Counted from the stretch's first letter, positions 1 to 13,690 are shown. The stretch is 64,000 nucleotides of DNA from the human T2T-CHM13v2.0 reference genome, Homo sapiens (GCF_009914755.1 NC_060927.1); one strand, 5' to 3'. The notes: generated from the letters alone by a model not told the origin. A program made the numbers and translations.

Positions 1-960
1 GCTTTTGGAACTCATGCTGTTTCCCTCATGAGTTTCATTTAATATATTTTACATACATTCCTAACAGGTGTTGAAAAACCCCACTCTTTGCTTATAAAAA
101 GACCATATTTTGCAGCAAGAAATTGGTTGTAAATGAGTTATATTTCACTTGAAGAAATACATATTTAAACTAGTAATTACAATTTATAGTGCTGTCCTTA
201 AAAGCCTAACAGCCCCTTAGCTTTTCTATACCATTCATGCTAATTCTCAGACAGAAGTTTCCAAATGAAAATAAACGTTATAAATCTTTCAAAGTGGTCA
301 TGAAGATACATTTTGTGAAACTATAAAAGCCATTAAATTGACAATGATAATATCGTGTGCATGGGCATATCTTAAAACCATGGATCTATATTATTTAGCA
401 ACAGGAACTCAATATGCTACATAAGTAGTGAGTACTCTTCAATTATCTCCATTATTAAGAGGGAGAGACAAAGTGCCGGCAAAGTTAAGCAGCTTCTGGG
501 AGTCTAGATGAACAGAACTCATGAATTTCCTAATTTGTCTGACTAAACTATGTTTGCTGTAAATAAAAATATAGTGTTGAAAGGAATTATTAATTATTGA
601 GAGATTAAAGAAATTGCGAATTACTTGGTGTACATAGAATCTCCAGGCTGGATATTTATGGCGCCTTAATTTTAGTCTCAGCCAGTCATATTTCATTATA
701 CTATAATGCTACCACCATATTTTATTGCCCCCAAACCTCAATTTTAATGCATATCATATAATTAATCTTATAATTAAAAAGTTATATTCCACCAATCCTT
801 GCTGTACCAAAAATTATTTCCAGTTCCTCCTTTCTCCTACATCATACTTCCCTGGTGAAATTCTCATAATGACTTGATTTGTCCAATAGTATTTACAACA
901 TTATTATATGACTAGGATGACTCTTAGGTAATTACCTAGCTCTTTGATCTAGAACATTAC

Positions 961-1141
961 ATATATACACACACACACACACACATATATATGTATATAT
1001 ATGTGTATATACGTATATATGTGTATATATGTATGTATATGTGTATATATGTATATATGTGTATATATATGTATGTATATATGTAGTGTTCTAGATCAAA
1101 TATCGAATACATATATATATGTATATATATGTAGTGTTCTA
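961..1141. repeat. Compound (TA)n/(CA)n/(TATG)n microsatellite
   Basis: Direct reading: atatatacacacac...gtatatatgtgtatatat. Confidence 0.95.
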
Positions 1142-2367
1142 TAGCGTTCTATGCACAGTTAAGGAAACTAACTCATACATACATGAGGTGCACACTTCAG
1201 GCTCACATTCATTATTATATAATTTAGTTGTCTGAATTATTTTCTCCCTTCTGTGTGAAGCAGTATTAACCCTGTAGTTTCCCAGTCAAAAAAGGAAAAG
1301 CAACATTACTCTGTATTGCAAACTCAGATGCTTCTTTCATCACTTTCACAAAGGGGCCAAGTTTTTACTCAACTGACAAGGTTATTTGTATTTGAAAATA
1401 TAATATATCGAATTAAAAAATTCCAGTGACATAGGTTTACTTCTGAAATATAGTTAGTTCCAGTCAAACCAATTGAACTAACAATGGGAAAGGAAAAGAG
1501 GGTTTCTTAAGGAGACGCTGGGCAAGGTAAAAGCGTATATTCCACACTGTGTTTTGGAAACTTAAAAAGAGAAAAGAAAGTCATATTTTGCTGTATGTCC
1601 ACAATTATAGACTAGCACCATTATAATATTCTAGGAAATATGTGCTATAGAAAGATGAGCCAAATTCCCCACTGTAGAGAACATTTTATTTCTCTAAAAA
1701 TAATCCAAATCCACTATTATGGCAAGGTGCTTCCTGATGGGATTTTACTGTAATAATAATTTTAAGTTTTATTTTAAGTTTTATTCCTAGAGCATAAAAG
1801 AAATAATAGAAATATACTCATTTACAGGCACTAATAGATTTTTCTAGTGAATACATCAAAATTTTTATTGTTGTTAGTAAAACAGCACTTACTTTAAGAA
1901 AAAGGCATTCATTGCCTTATACAGTTTCACCAATCCCTATGCTCTACAATTTGAATTTCTTTCTGTAAAACTCAGATAATTTAAAAGAACATTTCAGAAT
2001 AACAATAATTACCATACATTCATCCTTAGAGCCTTCTACATTTTGTAAATATAATTTTATTCCAGGCTTTTCTTTTTCTTTTTGAAAATTGAAGCTTAGC
2101 TTATTGATGGGTAAGCAAAAATCCTGAGCAAATATTTGGCCAGGATAATTGGCTTCAGGGAATTGTTTTATATTTTACTGATACTCCAACGAGTTTACCT
2201 TGTGCTGTAGCTGCAAAATAGTTTAACATATAATAATTCGTGATAAAGAGTATGTGCTGCCTGCTGGTTAACTAATCAATGACAAAATTATATAACATAC
2301 CTCCTAAGAGGCATGCATACTTTCTGAGTTTCAGTATAGGTCAATTCATCCAATAAACAGAGAAAGA

Positions 2368-5300
2368 GGGGGAGGGACGCAGATAGCCTACTAGAAGCAG
2401 CAGCAATGGGAGGCTCCCACCAAAAAGATCCAAAACAGCGTATGAATCCTGCACTGGCAACCAAGGTATCCAGGTTCTGTCATTAGGACTGACTAGGCAG
2501 CCGGCGTGACCCAAGGAGAAGAGGGAAGAGCAATATGGTATGGGAGCCCACCTGAGAGCCATGTGGGGCAAGGGAGCCCTCATCCCCACCCAGGGGTCAT
2601 GGTGAGTGAGCATGCTACCCAGCCTAGGAAACTGCTTTTTCCATGGAACTGTGCAACCCATGCATCGGAAGATCCCACTCAGGAGCCAGTGCTCATCAGG
2701 GCCTTGGGTCCCCACTATGGAGCCATGCAGCATGGTTAGAACTTGCCTCTAAGCCTGCTGAGTTCCTGGTGGGAGGGGCAGCCATCACCACTTCTGTGGA
2801 TGCCTGCTGTGTAAGTCATCTGAGCTCCTTGGTGGAGGGGCAGCAGCCAATACTGCAGCTGCAGAGCCTCCCTGCAGAAACTCCAACTCTAGTCAACGGC
2901 TCATAAACAGAACTCTGATCTCCCTGGGACTGAGTACCTAGGGGAATGGGTGGCCATAGTCTCCACAGACCAGCAGACTTAGTCTTTCCTCCTGCTAGCT
3001 CTGAGGAATCTGGCTTTCCCCCCAGTGCAGCACACCACCTCTACCAAGGGACAGCCAAAGTGCCTCATTAAATGGGTCCAGCTTCCTGTGCCACCCAACT
3101 GGGTGAGTCCCACCAACAGGGGTTCTCAGACATCCTATAGAGAAACATTCCTACTGGTATCACATTGGTGCCCCCTCAAGGCCAGAGATCCCAGAGGAAG
3201 GAACAGGTACCCCTCTTTGCTGTTCTCTAGCCTACTTGAGTGACATCTCCAGGCATGGGTGCAAACCAGATGAATAGGGCCTGAAGCAAACCCCCAGCAA
3301 ACTTCAGCAGCCCTACAGAAGGACCTGACTATTGAAAGAAAAACAAATGAACAAATAAATAAACAGAAAGCAACAACAACAGCATCAACAAAAAATTTCC
3401 CCACAAAAACTTCATCCAAGGGTCAGCAGCCTCAAAGACTGAGAGTAGACAAACTCACGAAGATGGGAAAGAATCAATGTAAAAACGTTGAAAACCCAAA
3501 AGGCCAGAGTGCATTTTCTCCTCCAAATGATCACAGCACCTCTCCAGCAAGGACGCAGAAGGGGATGGAGGATGAGATGAACGAATAGATAGAAGTAGGC
3601 CTTAGATAGTGGGTAATAACAAACTCCTCTGAGCTAAAGGAGCATGTTCTAACCCAGTGCAAAGGAGTTAAGAACCTTGATAAAAGGCTAGAGGAGCTGC
3701 TAACTAGAATAAACTATTTAGAGAGGAACATAAATGACCTGATGGAGCTGACAAATGCAGCACAAGAACTTCCTGAAGCATACACAAGTATCAATAGCCG
3801 AAATGATCAAGTGGAAGAAATAATATCAGAGATGGAAGACCATCTTGCTGAAATAAGGCAGGCAGACAAGATTGGAGAAAAAAGAGTAAAACAGAATGAA
3901 CAAAACCTCCAAGTAATATGGGACTATGTAAAAAGACTGAACCTATGACTGATTGGAGTACCTGAAAGAGATGGGGAGAATAGAAACAAGTTAGAAAACA
4001 CACCTCAGAATATTATGCAGGAGAACTTCCACAACCTAGCGAGACAAGCATTAATATTAAATCAATAATTTAATTAATTGAATATTAATTCAAATTCAGG
4101 AAATACAGAAAACACCATTAAGATACACCACAAGAAGATCAACCGAAAGACACATGATCATCAGATTCTCCAAGGTCAAAATGAAGGAGAAAATGTTAAG
4201 GGCAGCCAGAAAGAAAGGCCAGGTTACCTACAAAGAGAAGCCCAACAGACTAACAGCAGATCTCTAAGCAGAAACCTTACAAGCCAGAAGAAAGTGGCCA
4301 ATTCACCATTCTTAAAGAAAAGAATTTTTAACTCAGAATTTCATATCCGGCCAAACTAAGCTTCATAAGCAAAAGAGAAATAAAATATTTTTCAGAAAAA
4401 AAAATACAATGGGAATTCATCACTACCAGGCCTGCCTTTCTAGAAGAAATGGATAAATTCCTGGACACATACATTCTCCCAAGACTAAACCAGGAAGAAG
4501 TTGAAGCCCTGGATAGACCAATAACAAATTCTGAAATTGAGGGAGTAATAAATAGCCTACGAACCAAAAAAAAAAAGCCCACTATCAAATGGATTCACAG
4601 CTGAATTCTACCAGAACTACAAAGAGGAGCTGGTACCATGCCTTCAGAAACTATTCCAAATAATTGAGAATGGCACTACTCCTCCCTAACTCATTTTATG
4701 AGGCCAGCATCATGCTGACACCAAAACCTGGCAGAGACACAATAAAAAGAATTTCAGGCCAATATCCCTGATAAACATTGATGAGAAAATCTTCAATAAA
4801 ATACTGGCAAACCAAATCCAGCAGCACATCGAAGAGCTTTTCCACCATGATCAAGTCAGCTTCATCCCTACAATGCAATGCTGGTTCAACATCCACAAAT
4901 CAATAAACATAATCCATCACATAAACAGAACCAATGACAAAAACGACATGATTATCTCAATAGATGCAGAAAAGATCTTCAATAAAATTCAACGTCTCTT
5001 CATGTTAAAAACTCTCAATAAACTAGGTATTGATGGAACATACTCAAAATAATAAGCATTATTTGTGACAACCCACAGTCAATATACTGAATGGGCAAAA
5101 GCAGAAAGCATTCCCTTTGAAAACCAGCACAGGAAAAGGATACCCTCTCTTACCACACCACTCATATGCAACATAGTATTGAAAGTTCTGGCCAGGAAAA
5201 GCAGTGAAGAGAAAGAAATAAAGTGTATTTAAATAGGAAGAGGGGAAGTCAAGTTGTCTCTTTTTGCACATGATGTGATCCTGTATTTAGAAAACCCCAT

Positions 5301-7212
5301 TGTCTCAGCCCCAAAATTCCTTAACCTGATAAGAAACTTCAGCAAAGTCTCAGGATACAAAATCAATGTGCAAAAATCACAAGAATTCCCATACACCAAC
5401 AATAGACAAGCAGAGAGCCAAATCATGAATGACCTCCCAATTCACAATTGCTACAAAGAGAATAAAATACCTTGGAATACAGCTAACAAGGGACATGAAG
5501 GACCTTTTCAAGGAGAACTACAAACCACTGCTCAAGGAAATGAGAGAGGGCAGACATAAACGGAAGAACATTCCATTCTCATGGATAGGGAGAATCAATA
5601 TCATGAAAATGGCCATACTGCCCAAAGTAATTTATACATTCAATTCTATTCCCATGAAACTACCATTGACATTATTAACAGAAAAAAACTACTTTAAGAT
5701 TCATATGGAACCAAAAAAGAGCCCACATAGCCAAGATAATCCTAAGCAAAAAGAACAAAGCTGGAGGCATCACACTACCTGACTTCAAACTATACTATGA
5801 GGCTACAGTAACTAAAACAGCATGGTACTGGGACCAAAACAGACATATAGATCAATAGAACATAATAGAGACCTTAGAATTAAAATCACATATCTACAAC
5901 CATCTGATTTTCAACAAACCTGACAAAAACAAGCATGGAGAAAGGATTCCTTATTTAATAAATGGTGCTTGGAAAACTGGCTAGCCATATGCAGTAAGCC
6001 AAAATGGGACCCCTTCCTTACACCTTATATACAAATTAACTCAAAATAGATTAAAACCCAAAGCCATAAAAATCCTAGAAGAAAACCTAGGCAATACCAT
6101 TCAGGACATAGACATGGGCAAAGATTTTAGGGTGAAATCATCAAAAGCAATTGCAATGAAAGCAAAAATTGGAAAATGGGATCTAGTTAAACTAAAGAGC
6201 TTCTGCAATAGGAAAAGAAACTATCATCAAAGTGAAGAGGTGACCTGCAGAATGGGAGAATATTTTCACAATCTACCCATCTAACAAAGGCCTAATATCC
6301 GGAATCTACAAGGATCCTAAACAAATTTACAAGAAAGAAACAAATAACCCCATTGAAAAATGGGCAAAGGATATGAACAGACACTTCTGAAAAGAAGGCA
6401 TTTATGTGGCCAACAAACATATGAAAAAAAGCTCAACATCTTTTTTTAGAGATCATTAGAAAAATGCCAGTCAAAACCACAATGAGATACCATGTCACAC
6501 CAGTCAGGTGCCGATTATTAAAAAGTCAAGAAATAACAGATGCTCACGAGGCTGTGGAGAAATAGGAACACTATTACATTGTTGGTGAGAATGCAAATTA
6601 GTTCAACCATTTTGGAAGACAGTGTGGTGATTCCTCAAGGATCTAGAACCAGAAATACCATATGACCCAGCAAATCCATTACTGAGAATATACCCAAAGG
6701 AATATAAATTATTCAGTTCTAAAGATACCTTCGCCTGTATGTTTCTTGCAGCAATATTCCCAATAGCAAAGAGATGGAACCAACCCAAATGCCCATCAGT
6801 GATAGACTGGATAAAGGAAATGTGGCACATATACACCATGGAATACTATGCAGCCACAGAAATGAATGAGATCATGTCATTTGCAGGGACATGGATGAAG
6901 CTGGAAGCCATCATTCTCAGAAAACTAACACAGGAACAGAAGACCAAACACCACGTGTTCTCATTCATAAGTGGGAGATGAACAATGAGAGCATATGGAC
7001 ACAGGGAGAGGAACAACAGACACTGTGGCCTGTTGGGGGTCGAGGGAGCAAGGGAAGGGAGAACATCAGGACAAACAGCTAATGCATATGGGGCTTAAAA
7101 TCTAGGTGATGGGTTGATAGGTGCAGCAAACTACCATGGCACATCTATACCTATGTAGCAAAACTGCGTGTTCTGCACATGTATCCTGGAACTTAAAAAA
7201 GTAAAAAAGAAA
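2368..7212 (+). mobile_element. LINE-1, older L1PA type (roughly L1PA8-L1PA13); 5'UTR to poly(A), internally deleted, inactive
   Basis: 5'UTR ~2368-3460; ORF1 remnants (3742-3948 ...YTSINSRNDQVEEIISEMED...); ORF2 RT/C-terminal remnants ([33 protein letters not shown]); L1 3'UTR and A-tail ending ~7212; degenerate TSD aataaacagagaaaga (2352-2367) / aaaaaatagagaaaga (7213-7228); many stops and frameshifts. Confidence 0.93.
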
Positions 7213-7271
7213 AAAAAATAGAGAAAGAAACAAAATAAGTTAGGTTACTTTTCTTGTTTTACTTTTACAGG

Positions 7272-7470
7272 TTGTTACATAAATTGGCAAAGATGGCTCC
7301 TGTGTATTGACCTAAAATGGCTTCATGTTGTGTACTTGTTTACAGCAGCCCAAAGTTTACCAGTACTAAACTCAAACTCTTAAACACCAAATTATTTAAA
7401 ATATAGTCCAAAGAAGCATATTTTTAGTCTGTTAGAGCCTATTTGTACACTCTTCAAAACTGCACCTCAT
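7272..7470 (+). mobile_element. Possible old ERV-type LTR fragment, family not assigned
   Basis: Starts TGTTA and resembles recalled MER-class LTR 5' ends; weak resemblance only. Confidence 0.3.
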
Positions 7471-7480
7471 GAATAAGAGT

Positions 7481-10400
7481 TAGGGAAGGAAGTGGAGCAA
7501 TACTGTCAAATAGAACCTTCCAGCAATCATCCTCACCCCCACAGGAACACCTAATTGAGCAAATATCCACACAAGAACGTACCTTCATAAGAACCACCAA
7601 TTAGGTTAGTAATCACAGTACCTGGTTTCAACATTATATCAAGGACAGAGGCGTTGAAGAGGAAAAGAAAGACAGTCTTAAATTGCCAACGCCACCCCTC
7701 CTCCATCCTCCTGCAGGTTCAGTGGCTGCAGGGTGTGGAGAGAGAACATGTACATATGGGGAAGTGAAAGCCCAGTAGTTGTGGGACATTACATTGGAAC
7801 TCAGTGGTTCCCTATTACTGTGGAAAACAACACGGGGCAGAATTCAGCTGGTTCCCATGGAGGGAGCATTTGGACCAGCCCTAGCCAGAAAAGAAGTGTT
7901 CATCCCAGCAGTTGGGACTTGAGTCCTGGTAAGCCCCACCACCATGGGTTAAAGCACTCTGAGGTCACAAGAAAACCTGAAAGGCAGTCTAGGACACAAG
8001 GACTGCAATTCCTGGGCAATTCCTGCAATTCCTGGTGCTGTACTGGGCTAGCATTGGACAAATCATCCAGATGGAAACAAAGAAACATTGGACTTAATCT
8101 GCACTACAGACCAAATGGACCCAGTAGAAAATTAAAGAACATTTTATACAGCAACTGCAAAATACACATTTTCTTCTCAGCTCATGGATCATTCCCAAGG
8201 ATAGACCATATGTTAGGCCACAAAACATGTTTTAAAAAATTCAAAAAAATTGAAATCATATCAAGTATATTATCTGCCCACAATGGAATAAAACTAGAAA
8301 TCAATAATAAGAGGACCTTTGAAAGCTATACAAATACATGGAAATTAAACAATATGCTTCTGAGTGTTCAGAGTGTCAATGAAGAAATTAAGAAGAAAGC
8401 TGTAACATTTTGAAACAAACGAAAATGGAAACACATGACATCAAAACTTATGGAATGCAGAAAAAGCAGTACCCAGAGGAAAGTTTAAAACAATAAGCAC
8501 CTACCTCAAAAAAGGAGAAAAACTTCAAATAAACAACTTTAACAATGCATATTAAAGAATTAGAAAAGCAAGAACAAACCAAATCCCAAACTAGTAGAAG
8601 AAAATAAATTATAAAGATCATAACAGAGGTAAATAAAATTGAAATGAAGAAAAAAATACAAAAATGAAACCAAAAGTTTGTTTTTTGACAAGATAAACAA
8701 AATCCACAAACCTTTAGCCAGACTAAGAAAAGAGGGAAGAACCAAATAAATAAAATCAGAGCTGAAAAAAGTCATTAAAACTGATAATGCAGAAATTCAA
8801 AGAATTATTAGAGACTACCGTGAGCAATTATATGCCAACAAATTGAAAAAGCTAGAAGAAATGAATAAATTCCTAGACACAACCTACTAAGATTTAACCA
8901 TTAAGAAATCTAAAACCTGAGCAGACCTATAAAAGATAATGAGGTCAAAAATGCAATGAAAAGTCTCCCAGCATAGGAAACCTGGGACTTAACAGCTTCA
9001 CTGCTGAAATTTACCAAACATTTCAAGAAGAATGAATACCATTCCTACTTAAACTATGGAAGTAATAATTACTTCCAGACTCACTCTACAAGGTCATTAT
9101 TATCCTGATACCAAAACCATAAAAAGACACATCATTAAAAAAAAAAAAAACTATAGGCCAATAACTCTGATGAACATTAATGCAAGCATTCTCAACAAAA
9201 TATTAGTTTGGTGCAAAAGTATTTACAGTTTTTGCAATTAAAAGCAATGGCAAAACAGCAATTAATTTTGCATCAACCTAATACTAGCAAACCAAATGAA
9301 CAACACATGAAAAGATCATTCATTACAACCAAGTGGGATTTATCCCAAGGATGCATAGATGGTTCAGCATATGCAAATCAATCAATGTGGTCCATCATAT
9401 CAACAGAATGAAGGACAAAATCCACATGACTATTTTGATTGGTACAGGAAAAGCATTTGATAAAATTCAATATTCCTTCATAATATAACTAAAAATACTG
9501 GATATAGAAGGAACACTTCATCTCAATAAAAGCCATATATGACAGACCCACAGCTACTATTATACCGAATAGGGAAAAAACTGAAAGTCTTTCCTCTAAG
9601 ATCTGAAACAAGACAAGGATGCCCACTTTCATCACTACTATTCAATATAGTAATGGATGTCTTAGCTAGAGCAGTCAGACAAGAGAAAGAAATAAAGGAC
9701 ATCCAAATTGGAAAGAAATAAATCAAATTATGCTGTTTTGCAGGTGATATAATCTTATATTTGAAAAAAAACTAAAGACTGCTCCAAAAAATGATTAGAA
9801 CTGACTAAAAATTAAGTTGCAGAATATAAAATCAATGTACACAAATCAGTAGCATTTCTATGTGCCAATAGTAACAATTTGAAAAAGAAATCAAGGAATA
9901 ATCTCATATACAATGGCTATAATTAAAATTAAATACCTAGGAATAGACTTAACCAAAGAAGTGAAAGATGTCTACAATGACATCTATAAAACATTGATGT
10001 AAGAAATTGAAGGGGACACAAAAAATGAGAAGCTATTCCATCTTCATAGATTGGAAGAATCAATATTGTTAAAATGTCTGTATCACCCAAAGCATTCTGC
10101 AGTTTCAATACAATGCCTATCAAAATAACAATAACATTCTTCACAGAAATAAAACAAATAATACTAAAATGTATATGGACTACAAAAACCATTCTTAGCA
10201 AAAAGAACAAAACTGGAGGAATTGCATTGCCTGACTCCAAATTATACTACACAGCATGGTAGTATAACCAAAACAGCATGGTACTCACATAAAAACAGAC
10301 ATGTAAACCAACAGAACAGAATAGAGAAATTAGAAATAAATACATACATCTACAATGGCTCATTTTCAAGAAAAGTTCCAAAAACATACACTGGGGAAAA

Positions 10401-11722
10401 GATTCTTTTCTATAAATGATACTGGGAAAACTGGATATCTATAGGTACAAGAATAAAACTTGACCCCATCTCTCACCATATTTTAAAAACCCAAAATGGA
10501 TTACAGACTTAAGTCTAAGACCTCAAACTATGAAACTACTGAAAGAAAACATTGGGGAGACTCTCCAGGATACTAGACTGGGCAAAGATTGCTTAAGTAA
10601 TAACCCACAAGCACAGGCTACCAAAGCAAAAATTGACAAATGAAATTACATCAAGTAAAAAAGCTCTGCATAGCAAAGGATACAATCAACAAAGCGAAGA
10701 GATAACTCACGGAATGGGAGAAAATATGGGAAAATTACTTATCTGACAAGGGATTAATAACCAAAATATATAAGGGGCACAAACAACTCTTGAGGTAAAA
10801 ATCTATTAATCTGACTAAAAAATGGGCAAAATATCTGAACAGTTATTTCTTAAAAGAGACATACAAATGGAAAACAGGTATATGAAAAGGTGCTCCACAT
10901 CATTGATCATCAGAGAAAAGCAAATCAAATCTACAATGAGATATCATCTCACTCCAGTTAAAATGGCTCTTACCTAAAAGACAGGCAATAACTAATGCTG
11001 GTGAGGAAGTTGGGGAAAGGGAACCCTCACACACTGTTCATGGGAATGTAAATTATTACAATCACTATGAAGAAAAGTTTGGAGATTTCTCAAAAGATGA
11101 AAAATAGAGCTACTATATTATATAGCAATCCTGCTGCTAAGTGTATATCCAATAGAAAGGAAATCAGCATATAGAAGAGACATTTGCACTCCTCTGTTTA
11201 TTGCAAAACTATTCACAATAGCAAAGATTTGGAAACAAGGGTCTATTGACAAATGAATAGATAAAGAAAATGTTCCATATGCAATGGAGCACGATTCAGC
11301 CATAAAAAAAAAGTGAGATCCTGTCATTTGCAACAAAATGGATGGAACTGGAGATCATTATGTTAAGTGAAATAAACTGGGCACAGGAAGAAAAACTTCT
11401 CATGTTCTCACCTATTTGTGGGAGCTAAAAATTTAAACAACTGAACGCATGGGAATAGAAAGTAGGATGACAGTTACCAGAGGTTGAGAAGAATACTGGA
11501 GGTGGGGTGTGGTGGAGGAATGGAGGTAATAAGTACAAAAATTAGAAAACATGAATATGCTCTAGTATTTGATAGCATATCAATGTGACTATGGTCAATA
11601 ATAATTTGATTGTGCATTTAAAAATAACCAAAAGAGTATAATTGGATTATTTGTAACACAAAGGATAAATGTTTCAGGTGATGAATATCCCATTTACCAT
11701 GACGTGATTATTACATATTGTT
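7481..11722 (+). mobile_element. LINE-1, L1MA-type (L1MA1-3-like); 5'UTR piece joined to ORF2 plus 3'UTR
   Basis: L1M1-like 5'UTR 7481-8049; jumps to ORF2 endonuclease sequence (FFSAHGSFPRIDHMLGHK...HNGIKLEINNK...NTWKLNNMLL); RT motif [14 protein letters not shown] (9539-9721); L1MA-type 3'UTR (tagtatttgatagca...ggtgatgaatatcccatttacc). Confidence 0.9.
9203..9281. mobile_element. MADE1 (Hsmar1-derived mariner MITE) inserted into L1 ORF2
   Basis: 79-bp palindromic element ttagtttggtgcaaaagt...ttttgcatcaacctaa; TA duplicated at 9201-9202 and 9282-9283; L1 reads ctcaacaaaata|ctagcaaac across it. Confidence 0.93.
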
Positions 11723-11950
11723 GAATAGTCCATATTCATAAAGGATAATTTTTATATTATGCCATTACTTCTTATAGGAACATGATTATTTCTGGATCAT
11801 AAAAGTAGATAATAACATATGATATTAAACAGTATGTGAAAACAATTCCAGTTATAAAAATGTAACATCCTAATTGTCTTCTATAAAATTCTTCTATTGA
11901 CTAAAACAATTACCAAAGTATTTTTTTAAATATTCAGAGTTCAGAAAATA

Positions 11951-12929
11951 AATAGCAAAAACTTACAGCTCTTTTCAATCAACACTCAAATTTTTCTCCC
12001 ATACTCTAAATTATTACAGTCAGTAATGTCCCAAATTTTTTGTACATGTTTACACACAAAGGCACAAAACGATGGAATTATACTTTTCATTATATAGTTA
12101 TGTGCTTTATTTAATCAACATTATAATTGGGGCTTTACCTCATCTCTTTAGTGGTGGTATAATAAGACTATCCCATACATTTTCTAATCTTTCTCTTAAC
12201 TTGGAATATTTGTTTGATTTTTTTAAGTTACCACCATTTAAACTATAAAATATAATCAGTATTTTTAAACATTTATTTTTGTGCACATATGTGAATATAT
12301 CTAAAGTATAAACTCCTATAAGTGAAAGACTGAGACAAAGAAGGTATATACATTTAATAGTTACTGCCAAATTGCTTTCCAGAAGTGATGCAACCAAGCA
12401 ACACTGCTGTCCAAAGAATTTGTGAGTGCCTATTTTGATTTTATTCTGGTTAAGAAAGCAGATAATTAGTCTTTAAAATTATTATAATTTGATGGATTTA
12501 AAAACTTTGCAATATTGTTTTAATTTTATTGTTTCTTATTATTAGTACTTTGTGTATCTATTTATGTATTTATTGGACATATACATTTATTCCTTGGAGA
12601 GTTACTAATTATCAGTCATTGCCCATTTTTCTATTTACTTGTCTTGTTTTTTCCAAATAAAAATAGTAATTATATAATATATGAAAGCATATGTTAATCC
12701 AATTACTATGATTTATGTTACAAACTCCTTCTTTCAGTCTATTTCTTGTTTTTAACATTATGTATATTATTATATTTTGCCTCTGTGTCTGCCATTTGTA
12801 GAAGTGATGAACACATGTCTGGGTAGGAAAACAATAGCAAAAACTTACAGCTCTTTTTAATCAACATTCAAATATTTCTCCCACACTCTGAATTATTATA
12901 CTGATTAATGTCCCACAATTTTTTTTGTA
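11951..12929. repeat. Pair of ~95-bp direct repeats (11951-12044 and 12833-12929)
   Basis: aatagcaaaaacttacagctctttt(c/t)aatcaaca(c/t)tcaaat...aatgtccca is present twice with scattered substitutions. Confidence 0.9.
12070..12770 (-). mobile_element. Ancient L1M/L1ME 3' fragment
   Basis: Antisense L1 hallmarks: ttactgccaaattgctttccagaag, cattgcccatttttctatt; minus-strand ORF 12140-12397 has ...LLESNLAVTIK. Confidence 0.65.
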
Positions 12930-13169
12930 AATATTTGATTTATATATGGGGGTGGAAAGGAAAAAAACAAACACTGAATGATATTAAGGGAAAAAATTTT
13001 TTTAAATGTATCCTTATTCTGTTCTTCACTTACTACACTTAGGTATTTTCTTATAAATCTGTTTTGAGTTATTCAATGGTTAATAAGAGAATTTTAAACA
13101 ACTGATTCTATAATCATTTCTTGAGTTATCACAATTGCATGGTGCCCATTGATAATTTTTCTTAGTTAT

Positions 13170-13690
13170 CATGCTTTCAATTTTATTCATGTAATTCAAT
13201 CTGGCTCAAAGCGTGGTGTATTTTTATTTTATTTTACGTAACAGTCTTCAGGTTGAATTATTTAAGAAGTCAATTATATCATCAAGAACTCGGTTTCTTT
13301 CTAATATGTTCTGCTATCCGCAGAACTAATTTTATCTTTATAGGTAGCAAATTGGTTACTTGAGTTCTAGGCTTCAGAAAGCTCACACGAAGTCCAGAGG
13401 AATAATAATGGGTTATCTTGGGGTTAAACTATTCTCACAAGGCACTCAACAATCTTCCCTTCACTACACATTGGCTGAGATTAAGTTGCGTGTTCATTCT
13501 TGAGCTAGTTAATTACTGAGAAGACTAGTTAGTTTGCACTTTAATCCAGGCTTCTGCTGGAGGTGAGAAAGTTGTCAATTTCTTCTGAGATACACAGTTT
13601 TGAGGGAAATGTTAATACATTGACAGTATTGATAGTTGATTAGGAAGCAAAATAATGGGAATGGGACATGTTGATAGCCAACATCATTAT
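13170..13690 (-). mobile_element. Possible old MaLR (MLT1-type) LTR fragment
   Basis: cattggctgagattaagttgcgtgttcattct and gaagtccagagg resemble recalled MLT1J/K motifs; highly diverged. Confidence 0.35.

Noticed and set aside
4050-4092. Short AT-rich insertion in L1 ORF1
   Set aside because: Looks like local slippage or repair filler; too short and low-complexity to interpret
3742-7082. L1 ORF1/ORF2 fragments as functional CDS
   Set aside because: Multiple stops, frameshifts and missing endonuclease domain
7733-8413. Longest ORF (226 aa) as a gene
   Set aside because: GTG start; chimera of L1 5'UTR and frameshifted ORF2 endonuclease remnant
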